From contig OZ244742.1 of the NCBI GenBank assembly GCA_965219415.1, positions 1,760,001-1,824,000 of the forward strand: DNA of 64,000 nucleotides, read 5' to 3'. The translations under genes were made by a program, and so were the position numbers. This DNA is from Candidatus Marinacidobacterales bacterium. Its GTDB lineage: Bacteria; Acidobacteriota; Vicinamibacteria; Marinacidobacterales; DATDRI01. Every line of letters starts with the position of its first letter. Within the stretch, counting starts at the first letter, position 1. Positions 43,059 to 53,288 of this stretch are shown here, one piece after another. The notes below the pieces were generated by a model. That model had not been told where the DNA came from. It saw only the letters and a program-made list of their open reading frames with translations, and did not search any database.

Positions 43059-43643
43059 ATGAATTGCCAGGAACTAGACATTCCGACGCTCTACGGAAAG
43101 GGCGATTTCCCCGATGCTTATCGGGGAACATCGACCCGGGACCTGCTCACGGTGTACAAGGCAGGTCCCACGAGACTCGGCGGAGTCCTGGTGGGGTTGG
43201 CAGACGATGAGCTCAAGCAAAGACCACAAGAAAATAGGTGGTCCATCCAGGAAATCGCGATGCACCTCGCCGACACCGAGATCATGGGTGCAGCCCGGTT
43301 GAGACAGACCCTTGCCGAGCCCGGTGCTTCGTTTGCCCTTTACGATCAGGACGCTTGGACCGGCGAGCTCGGCTACCGAGCCCGCGATCGCAAGGCGCTC
43401 GAAGACGCCGTCCGGCTGTTCTCGGTTCTTCGCAGCGGGAGTGCTCTTCTTTTGGAAACCGCCAAGGAGGAGGACTGGGCCAAATGGGGTAACCATGCGA
43501 ACTGGGGGCCGCTCACACTCCGGCAGCTTCTCGAGCTCTACGCCGACCACGGCGAGCGGCACGTCGAACAGATTCTTGACGCGCGGGCGGTGCTCGGTAA
43601 ACCAATGGTCGTTCCACGACTATTACCCAAACGTCTATACTAA
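43059..43643 (+). CDS. DinB_2 family protein
   Basis: WSIQEIAMHLADTE, YDQDAW, HGERHVEQI. Confidence 0.8.
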   Translation: MNCQELDIPTLYGKGDFPDAYRGTSTRDLLTVYKAGPTRLGGVLVGLADDELKQRPQENRWSIQEIAMHLADTEIMGAARLRQTLAEPGASFALYDQDAWTGELGYRARDRKALEDAVRLFSVLRSGSALLLETAKEEDWAKWGNHANWGPLTLRQLLELYADHGERHVEQILDARAVLGKPMVVPRLLPKRLY

Positions 43644-43649
43644 CGTCCG

Positions 43650-44189
43650 ATGAACGCCAACGACGCCGAGCTCGGGGCCGCCTACCTGGCTGGCGTTTCC
43701 AGCCTCCTGGGGGGGGTTAAGGAGCTCGGCGAGAAGGCCATCGCCCAGCTATCGGATGAGGCCCACTTTTATGCGCTCCTAGACAAGGAATCGAACAGCA
43801 TCGCGGTTCTCATCCGACATCTTCGCGGCAATATGCTTTCCCGTTGGACGGATTTTCTAACCACCGACGGTGAGAAAGACACCCGCAAGAGGGACACCGA
43901 GTTCGTTCAGGACGTCAAAGCGACTCCCGACGAGTTGGTCGAGGTATGGAACGAGGGTTGGGATCGCCTCTTCGAAACACTCTCTTCGCTAACCCCGGCA
44001 GATCTCCGAAAGACCATCACCATCCGTGGAGTCGAGCACACCGTGATGGAGGCGATCCAGCGCGGGCTCGCGCACTATGCGTCTCACGTGGGGCAGATCG
44101 TCTTCTTGGCAAAGCACTTCCAATCGAAGGAATGGGACTCACTCTCCATCCCGCGCGGGCAGTCTCAGAAGTTCTTCCGTCAAGAATAG
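43650..44189 (+). CDS. DUF1572 (DinB-fold) protein
   Basis: NSIAVLIRHLRGNMLSRWTDFLTTDGEK..HYASHVGQIV. Confidence 0.85.
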   Translation: MNANDAELGAAYLAGVSSLLGGVKELGEKAIAQLSDEAHFYALLDKESNSIAVLIRHLRGNMLSRWTDFLTTDGEKDTRKRDTEFVQDVKATPDELVEVWNEGWDRLFETLSSLTPADLRKTITIRGVEHTVMEAIQRGLAHYASHVGQIVFLAKHFQSKEWDSLSIPRGQSQKFFRQE

Positions 44190-44190
44190 A

Positions 44191-44850
44191 CTAGGCAGTC
44201 CCGGAGGCCTGCTTCGCACTCTTCCCCGACAAAGCGACCGCGACGCCGCCAAACAGATTTCCGACTAGAGCGGTGTACGCGATCCAAAATGTCATTTGTG
44301 GAACCACCCCGGTAACGATCCACTCTACGATCGGCGACATTGCCGCTGCGTCCGGTGCCGGCGCGTCGTAGTGCGTTCCCCAGTTGCCGAGGATCGCAAA
44401 GAGCATTACCAGCACTACGGGGATGCGCGCCGCGAGCGCATAGGCCACGAGCGTCTTGATCAACTCCGGCCAGCCCTTGCTCAAAACGAACAGTGCCAGT
44501 ACAGAGCCAACAGCGCCGCCGCCGATTTGTACAACAAACGAGCTGCTAATCGCGCCTGCTCCGACGAACCCCACTGCGATAGCGAGAATCGCCAATAGAG
44601 AAAACCCAGCCACCTTCCAACCATTTGCTGGCCCATGCCCGGCGTTGGCAAGCTTCAAAGCGAAATAGACGCCGAAGATGATGGGGAGCCAGGAGATCCC
44701 GACGATCGCTCCCCCACCTCCCGGTTCGCGGCTGAACAAGGCCGGCGCCCAGTTGTTGAGCTCGCCCACTAGTCGAAGGATGGTAACGCCCAGCGTGATG
44801 ACCGCAGGAATGAGAATCAGCTGTCGAATATTAAGGTTTGACCACGCCAT
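44191..44850 (-). CDS. Hypothetical integral membrane protein
   Basis: Multiple TM helices; RIPV and WGTHYD motifs; RBS GAGG upstream of ATG. Confidence 0.6.
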   Translation of the reverse strand: MAWSNLNIRQLILIPAVITLGVTILRLVGELNNWAPALFSREPGGGGAIVGISWLPIIFGVYFALKLANAGHGPANGWKVAGFSLLAILAIAVGFVGAGAISSSFVVQIGGGAVGSVLALFVLSKGWPELIKTLVAYALAARIPVVLVMLFAILGNWGTHYDAPAPDAAAMSPIVEWIVTGVVPQMTFWIAYTALVGNLFGGVAVALSGKSAKQASGTA

Positions 44851-44881
44851 TGAGAACCTCCTTTGAGAAAGACGAGGTAGT

Positions 44882-46774
44882 CTAAACCCAGGCTTGTTCC
44901 GCCACAACCGAGGCGACCAAGGCCACGCCGGCCAAATCCGTTGGCCACCCTGGGAACATCAGAAGCAACGCTCCTGCCAACAGTACCCCGCGGGCAACGG
45001 CACCGGTCGACCGGAACAAATATCCTTCCACGCCGGCGGCCAGCGAGATCACACCGACGATTGCGGTCGCCAAGGCGAGCAGCAACCCCGGTACGGTGAA
45101 GTCGTACAAGAGCAGTACCGGCGAGAAAATGAAGATATACGGAACGACAAAGCCCGCGGTCGCCAGTTTCACCGATTGGATCCCGGCCGCCAGGGGCTTG
45201 GCTCCCGCGATGCCAGCCGCCGCATAAACCGCCAGCATCACGGGCGGCGTGAGATCGGCCAGCGTCCCGAAGTACATGACAAAGAGGTGGGCGGCCAAAG
45301 GCAGTACACCGAGCTCGAGGAGAACCGGCGCCGCCATCGTGACACAGATGATGTACGTCGGGATGGTGGGAAGCCCGAATCCGAGAACGATCGAAGCGAG
45401 CATCGTAAGTACCGCCGCGGCGAGAACCGAGCCGCCCGAAAGCGCAAGGATGGCGCCCGAAAGCTTGAGCCCGAGCCCAGTCTGTGTAACCACGCCCACG
45501 ATGATCCCGACGACCGCGCAGGCAATGGCGACGGGGACGGCGTTCCGCACACCCCTTTCGACAGCGTTCGCCAGATCGGAGACTGCGACGCCTCGCCGAT
45601 GAAAGGTCTCGGTTGCACCTTGCCTCATGTCCACCAAAGCGCGCGCCGCGCTCACCACGATCGCGAACAGAATCGAGTAGACCGCTGCGTACGTCGGCGT
45701 GTAGCCGGCAATCAAGAAGTACAGAAGCGCCGCCACCGGTAGCAACAAATAGCCGCGACGAAGGAGTAAAGGACCAAGAAGAGGGAGCTCCTCCTTGGCG
45801 AGCCCGCGATGGCCTTCGCGGGAGGCACGGAAGTGAATCATCGCCCCCACGGCGAAAAAGTACAGAAAAGCAGGAATGATGGCCGCGGTCGCGATGCGCA
45901 CGTAGGGAATCGCCAGCATGTCCGCCATAATGAAGGCCGCCACTCCCATGATGGGCGGCATCAACTGCCCCCCCATCGACGCCGTCGATTCCACCGCCGC
46001 AGCGTACGTCGAGGAAAACCCGCTACGCTTCATCAAAGGGATCGTGAAACTTCCAACCGTCACGACGTTGGCAATGGCGCTTCCGTTAATGGTTCCGAGC
46101 AATGCGCTCGAGACGACCGATACCTTCGCCACGCCGCCACGAGTCCTCCCTGCCAGCGCCAACGCGGTCTCGTTGAAGAAGTCCATGAGACCGGTCTTTT
46201 CCAGGAAGGCGCCGAAGAGAATGAAGAGAACGATGTAGGTAGAGGAGACGCCTAGCGCGACGCCGAAAATCCCTTCCGTGGTGAGGCCCGTGTACTCCAA
46301 GATCTCGGAGACCGAGTACCCGCGATGACCGAAGCGACCGGGAACGTACTCACCCAGATGCGCGTAGAGTAGAAATCCAACCGACAGGATCGAAAGGGGC
46401 GGACCTAAGACCCTACGACTCGCTTCCAGTACCAACAACAAGACGGCTGACGCTGCCACGAGGTCCCACCCGGTGGGGAGTCCCGGCCTCAGGGCGATGG
46501 ACTTGTATGTTAGAACGAAGTACACGCCCAAAACCAGGGCGAGGAGGGCGAGGACGTCGCGAACATAGCGCCTTCTTCCTTTGGACTTCGGCGTGATGAG
46601 AAAGGCCAGCGCCAACATACCCGCGAGATGCACGGCGCGATGCTGATACGCGACCAGCTCGCCGAAACGAGCGGAGTATAGATGAAAGAGACCGAGTGCG
46701 ATCGCTAGCGTCGAAGCCGAGAGCGGCCGCCAACGGTCACGGGCGGGACTCTGTTGTTTCGCCCCCGGCTGCAC
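44882..46774 (-). CDS. TRAP transporter fused 4TM/12TM permease
   Basis: EGIFG, GSAIANVVTVGSFTIPLMK, ASMGGQLMPPIMG, TPPV. Confidence 0.9.
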   Translation of the reverse strand: MQPGAKQQSPARDRWRPLSASTLAIALGLFHLYSARFGELVAYQHRAVHLAGMLALAFLITPKSKGRRRYVRDVLALLALVLGVYFVLTYKSIALRPGLPTGWDLVAASAVLLLVLEASRRVLGPPLSILSVGFLLYAHLGEYVPGRFGHRGYSVSEILEYTGLTTEGIFGVALGVSSTYIVLFILFGAFLEKTGLMDFFNETALALAGRTRGGVAKVSVVSSALLGTINGSAIANVVTVGSFTIPLMKRSGFSSTYAAAVESTASMGGQLMPPIMGVAAFIMADMLAIPYVRIATAAIIPAFLYFFAVGAMIHFRASREGHRGLAKEELPLLGPLLLRRGYLLLPVAALLYFLIAGYTPTYAAVYSILFAIVVSAARALVDMRQGATETFHRRGVAVSDLANAVERGVRNAVPVAIACAVVGIIVGVVTQTGLGLKLSGAILALSGGSVLAAAVLTMLASIVLGFGLPTIPTYIICVTMAAPVLLELGVLPLAAHLFVMYFGTLADLTPPVMLAVYAAAGIAGAKPLAAGIQSVKLATAGFVVPYIFIFSPVLLLYDFTVPGLLLALATAIVGVISLAAGVEGYLFRSTGAVARGVLLAGALLLMFPGWPTDLAGVALVASVVAEQAWV

Positions 46775-47714
46775 TTGTCTCTTGCTCCTGGAAAAAGCGT
46801 TCCGCACCTGGATGGAGCGGGATTGTAACATCACGCCAGCGCTCGAGAGATAGACTCGTGGCCGCTTGATGCGTCGTCTCGAGGTCGCCCCGTTTTTCGA
46901 ACAGAAGGCTCGTCAGTTCGTAGACCAGATCTTCTTCCAGACCCTCGCGGCAAATCAGAAGGTTCGTCACACCCATCGTGGGTAGGTCGGCCGGGATTGA
47001 TTTGTACGTCCCTCCCGGCAGCACGGTCGGAAAGTAGTTCGGATCGAGAGTTTGAATGGCCCTGGCGCGATCAGGCGCGATGGGAATAATCTTGACGCCG
47101 ACCGAGGCATCCAGGTCCATGACCGCGCTCACCGGGTAGCTAGCGTTGATGAAACCGGCGTCGATCGTTCGATTCTTCAGCTGTTGCACGATCTCCGAGA
47201 ACGAAAGGTAGTCGGCCTTGAGATCGGAATACTGGAGTCCGTGCCCTTCGAGAACCCGCCGGGCGTTGAATTCGGTCCCACTACCCGGCGCACCAACTCC
47301 AACTCGTTTCCCTCGCAGGTCGGACACGGTATCAATGGCGGAGTCACGATACGTCACCAACTGCACCACGTTGTCGTAGAAAGGCACCATCGCCCGGATG
47401 CGTCGATAAGGCTCGGGGTCGACATCCGTTCCCCGGTTGTAAGCCTGGTACGCCACGTCGGCCATCGTGAAGGCGACGTCGGCTTGACCTCGTTGCACCG
47501 CACCACAGTTGAAGAGCGAGCCCGCGGTGGATTGTGCGGAAGCGTTGATCCCGGGAAGACTCTCCGTGTAGATACGGGCCAACGTGCCGCCCAACGGGAA
47601 ATAGATCCCCCCGGTTCCACCGGTGGCTATGGTGAGATGTCGAGTTGGCCCGTCACCGGTGCACGAGGCGACCGGGAAAGACAGAAGGACGAGAAGAGTT
47701 ACGATTCGGGCCAC
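46737..47714 (-). CDS. TAXI-family TRAP substrate-binding protein
   Basis: IATGGTGGIYFPLG, GKRVGVGAPGSGTE, IPLHPGAERFF. Confidence 0.92.
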   Translation of the reverse strand: MARIVTLLVLLSFPVASCTGDGPTRHLTIATGGTGGIYFPLGGTLARIYTESLPGINASAQSTAGSLFNCGAVQRGQADVAFTMADVAYQAYNRGTDVDPEPYRRIRAMVPFYDNVVQLVTYRDSAIDTVSDLRGKRVGVGAPGSGTEFNARRVLEGHGLQYSDLKADYLSFSEIVQQLKNRTIDAGFINASYPVSAVMDLDASVGVKIIPIAPDRARAIQTLDPNYFPTVLPGGTYKSIPADLPTMGVTNLLICREGLEEDLVYELTSLLFEKRGDLETTHQAATSLSLERWRDVTIPLHPGAERFFQEQETSAAGGETTESRP

Positions 47715-48029
47715 GCGGTGTCATGGTTTCGCATGAGAGCACGCGTGTCAACATGGTGGCAAGCCGGTGAAAAAATCAAAAAAAGACTTGACAGATTCTG
47801 CGGAGCAATTTCTCATAGTGATCACTCACCTGCATGAACTCCTTCCTGAAGCGCACAGTCCCTCCCTAGCATCGTTCCCTCTGAAGTCGAGATTTTTCTT
47901 CAACCCGACTCGGTTTGTGCCCGTGGACGGCGCGTGAGGCCCGAGAAAAACCCGTTGCTATATTAGCGTGAGGCTGAAGAGTACCTGGTCGCGCTCCGGC
48001 CAAAGCCCGTCTTTGCGCCGTCGATTCGA

Positions 48030-48647
48030 ATGACTCCCCGTCGGTCGGCTCCGACCCTGCCTCCGACCGTACATCCTCAAGCGGTGCCTGAGACCCCACG
48101 CCCAACCCCCCGGTTGTCACCGACTATCCTCGAGCCGGCAAGACCGGAGGTGTTCAATTTCCGCTTCGCCGCCGACCACAAGTTCAAGGAAAAGTTCGAA
48201 CGCCTGGCTGAGGTCCTCGGCGTGGAAAACTCCCACCAACGCATGGCCGAGATCATGGAGCAGGCTCTGGACATCGCCCTCGACAAGAAGGACGTGATGA
48301 GGAAGCGTGCGAGGCGACGACAGAGAGTGTCGAAAGGTAACAAAAAATCTTGTCCAGACAAGGTTTTCGCGAAGTCCCGCTACATCCCCCCAGAGGTCCG
48401 TGAGCGCGTGCATGAGCGGGCCGGATACCAGCGCGAATTCCAGGGTCCGGACGGGACCCGGTGTCGCGCACGAACCGGACTCCAGATCGAGCACCTGCGG
48501 CCCTTTGCCTTGTATCGCAGCCACGATGAGAGATATCTCCGACTCCATTGCGGTCCGCACAATCGTTTAAATGCAGAGCGAGTCTTTGGTGTCGTATTCG
48601 TCCGAGAGAAAATCGACGCTCGCAGGAGAGCTTCGCCTAAACGCTAG
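48030..48647 (+). pseudogene. HNH endonuclease C-terminal remnant
   Basis: SRYIPPEVRERVHERAGYQ.EF..GTRC..LQIEH..LRLHCGPHN; a zinc-site Cys is replaced and the N-terminus is missing. Confidence 0.65.
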
Positions 48648-48705
48648 ACGGCCAGGAGCAAAACGCGTATGCTTCGAACTAGTTGACCCATCGGCGGCTC
48701 GACTT

Positions 48706-51700
48706 ATGATCGGGACCACGATTTCCCATTACAAGATCGTCGAGAAGATCGGCGAGGGAGGAATGGGAGAGGTTTACCTCGCCGAAGACACAAAACTCCG
48801 ACGTAAGGTCGCCCTGAAATTTCTGACCGGCGATCTCACCCGCGATGAAGAACGAAAGCAGCGCTTTGTTCAAGAGGCACGCGCCGCCGCCGCCATCGAG
48901 CATCCCCACGTCGCCGCCGTCTACGACGTGGATGAAGCGGAGGGTGGGACGTTCATCGCTATGGAGTACGTGCGTGGGCAGAGTCTCCGGCAAGCCATCG
49001 AAGAAAAGAAACTTGATCTACGCAAATCCCTGGAGCTCGCGACGCAGATTGCCGAGGCTCTTTCGCTTGCCCACGAACGAGGTGTCCTCCACCGCGATCT
49101 AAAACCTCAGAACGTCCTCGTCTCCGAGCAAGGCTACGCCAAGGTCATCGACTTTGGTCTCGCCAAACTTCTTGAACCTCTCACCGAAGGGAGCGAGGGC
49201 GACACTGAGACCATGCTCAAGACCCGAGAAGGACGCGTCGTGGGAACCGTTGCTTACATGTCGCCGGAGCAAGCTCGCGGGCAAACCGTCGGCGCGGCAA
49301 CCGACATTTTCTCTTTCGGGGTCGTTCTCCACGAGATGCTCTCGGGCGAGCATCCATTCATACGACAAGGCTCGCTCGAAACGTTGAACGCCATCGTCCA
49401 CGACTCTGCCGAACCGCTGGAGCTTCCCTCTGGTGACACTCCCGCGGAGCTCCAGCGCATCGTCAAGAAGGCGACGGCCAAGGATCCGGCTGGGCGTTAC
49501 CAGACCATGAAGGAGCTGGCTTTGGACCTCAAGGAGCTGCGACGCGAGATAGAAAGCGGCGAGCGTCCGGCCACTAAGGGGCAGAAGAGCTCGCACGTGA
49601 GGCGGTGGGGCTGGGCAGCCGCTATTGCGATAGGCATTGCGGCAGCGGTCTACGTCGCTGGCAAGAGTTCGGATCGACCACCACCAGGCATTGGGGCCTC
49701 GGGGAGGCCTGCCATTGCCGTCATGTACTTCGAGAACAATACGGGTGACGAAGAGGTTCGCTGGCTTTCGAGAGGCCTTCCGAGCATGCTCATTACGGAT
49801 CTCGCTCAGACGCCGGGCTTGGACGTCGTGAGCGCCCAACGCATCCAGGAAATTCTGGCTCAACTTGGGGAGGAGGATCTCGAGACCATCAAAAGGAGCC
49901 TGGTCCCCGAGATCGCCCGACGTGCCGGCGCCGGTGCGGTCGTGGTCGGAAGCATCTTCAAGGCCGGTGACCAGATCCAAATTGACGTTCAGATCGAAGA
50001 CGTCGAAAGCGGGAGAGTTCTCTCCGCGGAGAGCGTAAGGGGCGCGGACGTTTTTCCACTTGTCGATGACCTAACCGGCCGCATCCGAGCCAGCCTGGAG
50101 TTGACCGATCGGCCGGCGGGAAGTCCCATCGCTCAGGTGACTACGGCTTCTCTTGAGGCGTATCGGCTTTACACCGAAGGTAAGGAGGCCCAGGTCGCGT
50201 TTCGTATGGCGGAGGCCGTCAGGCTGTTTGAAGCGGCGGTAAGATAAGGACCCTTCTTTCGCCATGGCCTATTTCGAGCTAGGAACGATGCCTCGACGAG
50301 CGATTCGCACCGGCCAAAGCCCGGAGCACTACCGCCAGAAGGTACTCGAGAACCTCGAGCGTCTCCCCGAAAGGGACCGGCTTTACGTTGAGGCGATCTT
50401 CACAGAAGAGGAAAATCCGCAAGTGGCAGCCGATCTTCTGGAGACGCTCATCGCCCGCTATCCCGATGAAGATCGCGCTTACCGCGCGCTCGCTGGGCTT
50501 TATAAAGGCGACCTCACCGGCGGAACGTTTTCCGCGCATGGAAGCAAGCAGCCCGAGAGGGCCATGGCCATCCTGGAACGAGGCGTCCGAGCGCTTCCTC
50601 ATTCGGCTCGCCTTCGTTTTAGCTACGGTTTGAATTTGCTCTGGGACAACCGGTTCTCCGAAGCCATAGGAGAGTTCGAAGCGTACGCTCAACTGAAACC
50701 CGATGAAGCCAACCCGTATGATTGCTTGGCTGAAGCTTGCATGATTTCCGGGCAACCGGAGAGGGCGGTTGAGAATTACCGCAGAGCGATTGAGATCGAT
50801 CCCACTTTCTTTTTCGGGCATAGCGGTTTGGCTTGGGCGTACGGAGTGCTGGGACGCTACGAAGACGCTTACAATGGAGTGAGCCGGTTCACGGAGGTCG
50901 CGGAAACCGAAACTCAGGTGATCCGCTCTTGGCGTTACAACTACCCGCCACACTTCATCGAAGCTTTCATTCTCTCGCGCCTCGGACGTTTCCGTGAGGC
51001 AGAAGAACACCTGACCCAGGCAATCGTAGGTGCGATCGAAGATAAGGATGTGGAAAGACAGATCGCTATCCATCTCTTGGAGGCCGTTCTGGCGATCGAA
51101 AAGGAAGATTACGGCGCCGCGCGCGAAAGTGTCGGCAGGACGGAGCCGCTTCTTTCAGGCGTTTCCGAAGATCTCGGGCCCGCGAACCTTCCGCCGCAGA
51201 AGGAGGTGTTGCCCATGCTGGCGTACTTACTCGCCGGCGCGGCAGAGGCGCGCTCGGGAAATGTGGATGCTGCCCGTCGCCACTTAGATCAACAAATCGA
51301 GATTCACGACGCGGATAACGTGGTGGCGAACTGGTTCCATCACGCTCTCCGTGGAGAGATCGCCTTGGCTGACGGAAGCCCCGGAGAAGCCGATTCGGCC
51401 TTCGCCGCCGGGCAGCCAGAGGCCAAGATGTGGCTGAACATGTTGTCGCCCGGGCCCGGTGTTTTTGCGAACAACCTTCCCTTCCGTGACGGTTCGGCGC
51501 GAGTGAAAAAGGCGCAGGGGGATCTGCGCGGAGCGATCAAAATCTACGGCGAACTGAACACGCCGGGAATGAGCTCCAAATGGACCGCCTGGTTCGAGCC
51601 TCGCTACGTCCTCAAGACCGCCCGGCTGCTCGACCAGATCGGCGACAAAGACTCCGCCCGGACGGAGTACGAGCGTTTTCTCGAGTACTGGAAAGACGCG

Positions 51701-51751
51701 GATCCGGATTTGCCAGAGCTACAAGAGGCGAAGAAGTACGTCCGGAGATAG
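48706..51751 (+). pseudogene. Hanks-type Ser/Thr kinase with TM, TolB-like and TPR domains; broken near 50245
   Basis: IGEGGMGEVY, VALKFL, HRDLKPQN, DFGLAK, GTVAYMSPEQ; TPR part in ORF 50264-51751. Confidence 0.85.
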
Positions 51752-51775
51752 CCAAAGCAGCTATAATAACTCTCC

Positions 51776-52447
51776 GTGAAGCGGACTCTTCCCCTCCTCC
51801 TGCTTTGCTCCTTAGTCGCCGCTTGTGCCGGCCGCGGGCCTTCTCCAACCACGCCCAGTGGCACTCCTGCACCGATACCCACGCCCGGTACGACCATGGA
51901 GGGGTTGGCGTCTTGGTACGGCGTAGAAGAAGAAGGCCGTCCGACGGCAAGCGGAGAGCCCATGGATCCGGAGCGGTTCACTGCGGCTCATCTGACCCTT
52001 CCTTTCGGCACCGTTTTGCGTGTCACCGATCCCGAAAACGGCCGCAGCGTCGTCGTGGTGGTCAACGATCGGGGTCCTTACATCGACGGCCGGATCCTGG
52101 ATCTCTCCTATGGCGCGGCGAAGGCGATCGACATGGTCCGAAAGGGTGTCGCTCCGGTTCACATCGAGGTCATTCAAGTGGACCAGACTCGCCTCGCCAC
52201 GAGGTGGAGAGTCCAGCTTGGCTCGTTCCGAGACGAGTCGGCCGCCGAAGAGCTCGCGGATGAAATCAAGCGGGAAGGCCATCGTCCGGTCGAGATCTCG
52301 AGGTTCCGCAAAAGCGATCGGCTTTACTACCGGGTCTGGGTCGGCGAGTTCGTTTATCGGGCGGATGCCGAAGACCTGGCTCGGGAGTTCCGTCGTGACG
52401 GGCGGGAAACCGTGGTCATGCAGACGCCTTTCGGCGACGCTCGCTAG
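51776..52447 (+). CDS. rlpA: Septal ring lytic transglycosylase RlpA family lipoprotein (DPBB + SPOR)
   Basis: Lipobox VAAC, GLASWYG, TAAH.TLPFGT, VNDRGPY, VQLGSF. Confidence 0.9.
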   Translation: MKRTLPLLLLCSLVAACAGRGPSPTTPSGTPAPIPTPGTTMEGLASWYGVEEEGRPTASGEPMDPERFTAAHLTLPFGTVLRVTDPENGRSVVVVVNDRGPYIDGRILDLSYGAAKAIDMVRKGVAPVHIEVIQVDQTRLATRWRVQLGSFRDESAAEELADEIKREGHRPVEISRFRKSDRLYYRVWVGEFVYRADAEDLAREFRRDGRETVVMQTPFGDAR

Positions 52448-52453
52448 GCCCTC

Positions 52454-53174
52454 CTACTTCCAGATCACTTCCATCGCAAAGAAGTGATCGAAGCTCTTTC
52501 GCTTGGGGTGGTTTCGCTCGTCGGTCTCCGGACTCCGGATATAAAAATCGATCTGCTGCGTGGCGGGATTGACCGCACCGGCCTCGGACTTCCGATCCGG
52601 CTTCGGAAAGAGCACTGCGAACGTTTTTCGCTCGCGAATGCCCTGCGTCACCATGAAATGCATCTCGTAGTCTTCATATAAAGGAGCGCCGTCGAGAGTC
52701 GCTTTGCCGTAGCCCCATCCGGCGAGATACCCGAACGTCTTCGGCCAGTTCGTATCGCCGCACCCGGAGTCACCATGCTCATAGAGATAGGCCGCGATAC
52801 CACCCGTCTTGGCACGGCGTGAACTCGTGGAACCGATCGGTGACTAAGTCCAAACGACCCCTCCGGCAATCGCAGCCGAGCGCGGACGCGTCCGGTGTTC
52901 TCGATCTCGTTGACGTCGATCTCGACCGATCCGCCCACCGCCTGCACGTTCTTGCCGTCGTTTCCCATGTGATCCCAAGGCGCGGAGTCGTAGAGACCGC
53001 CGACCTGATAGATCTTCTTGCCTTCGATGTTGAATCTCCCGTTGTAGAGGTCGTGTGCCTGCGGGCGGTAGAGCGCAATCGTGTCCCCCGGCTCTTGCTG
53101 CGGAGTCGCCTGCGGATCGGCCGAGAATTGACCGAACGCCACGAAAAGGAAGGCCGTTACCAAGCTCGGTTTCA
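52454..53174 (-). pseudogene. Secreted hypothetical protein, multiply frameshifted
   Basis: Signal peptide MKPSLV..; coding-like sequence continues through shifted frames to MHFMVTQGIR..EVIWK. Confidence 0.5.
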
Positions 53175-53288
53175 TACGATAGAATCTCCCTCCTCCATTA
53201 TCTCCGAAACGAGGGCTGCAAACCAGGATTCGAGAGTTGCCTGTGTCGGAGGTGGATTCTATCTTAGGGGCGACGAAGAGGAGACCGA

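Noticed and set aside
47788-47819. Sigma70 promoter TTGACA...CATAGT
   Set aside because: A 20-nt spacer is too long to call
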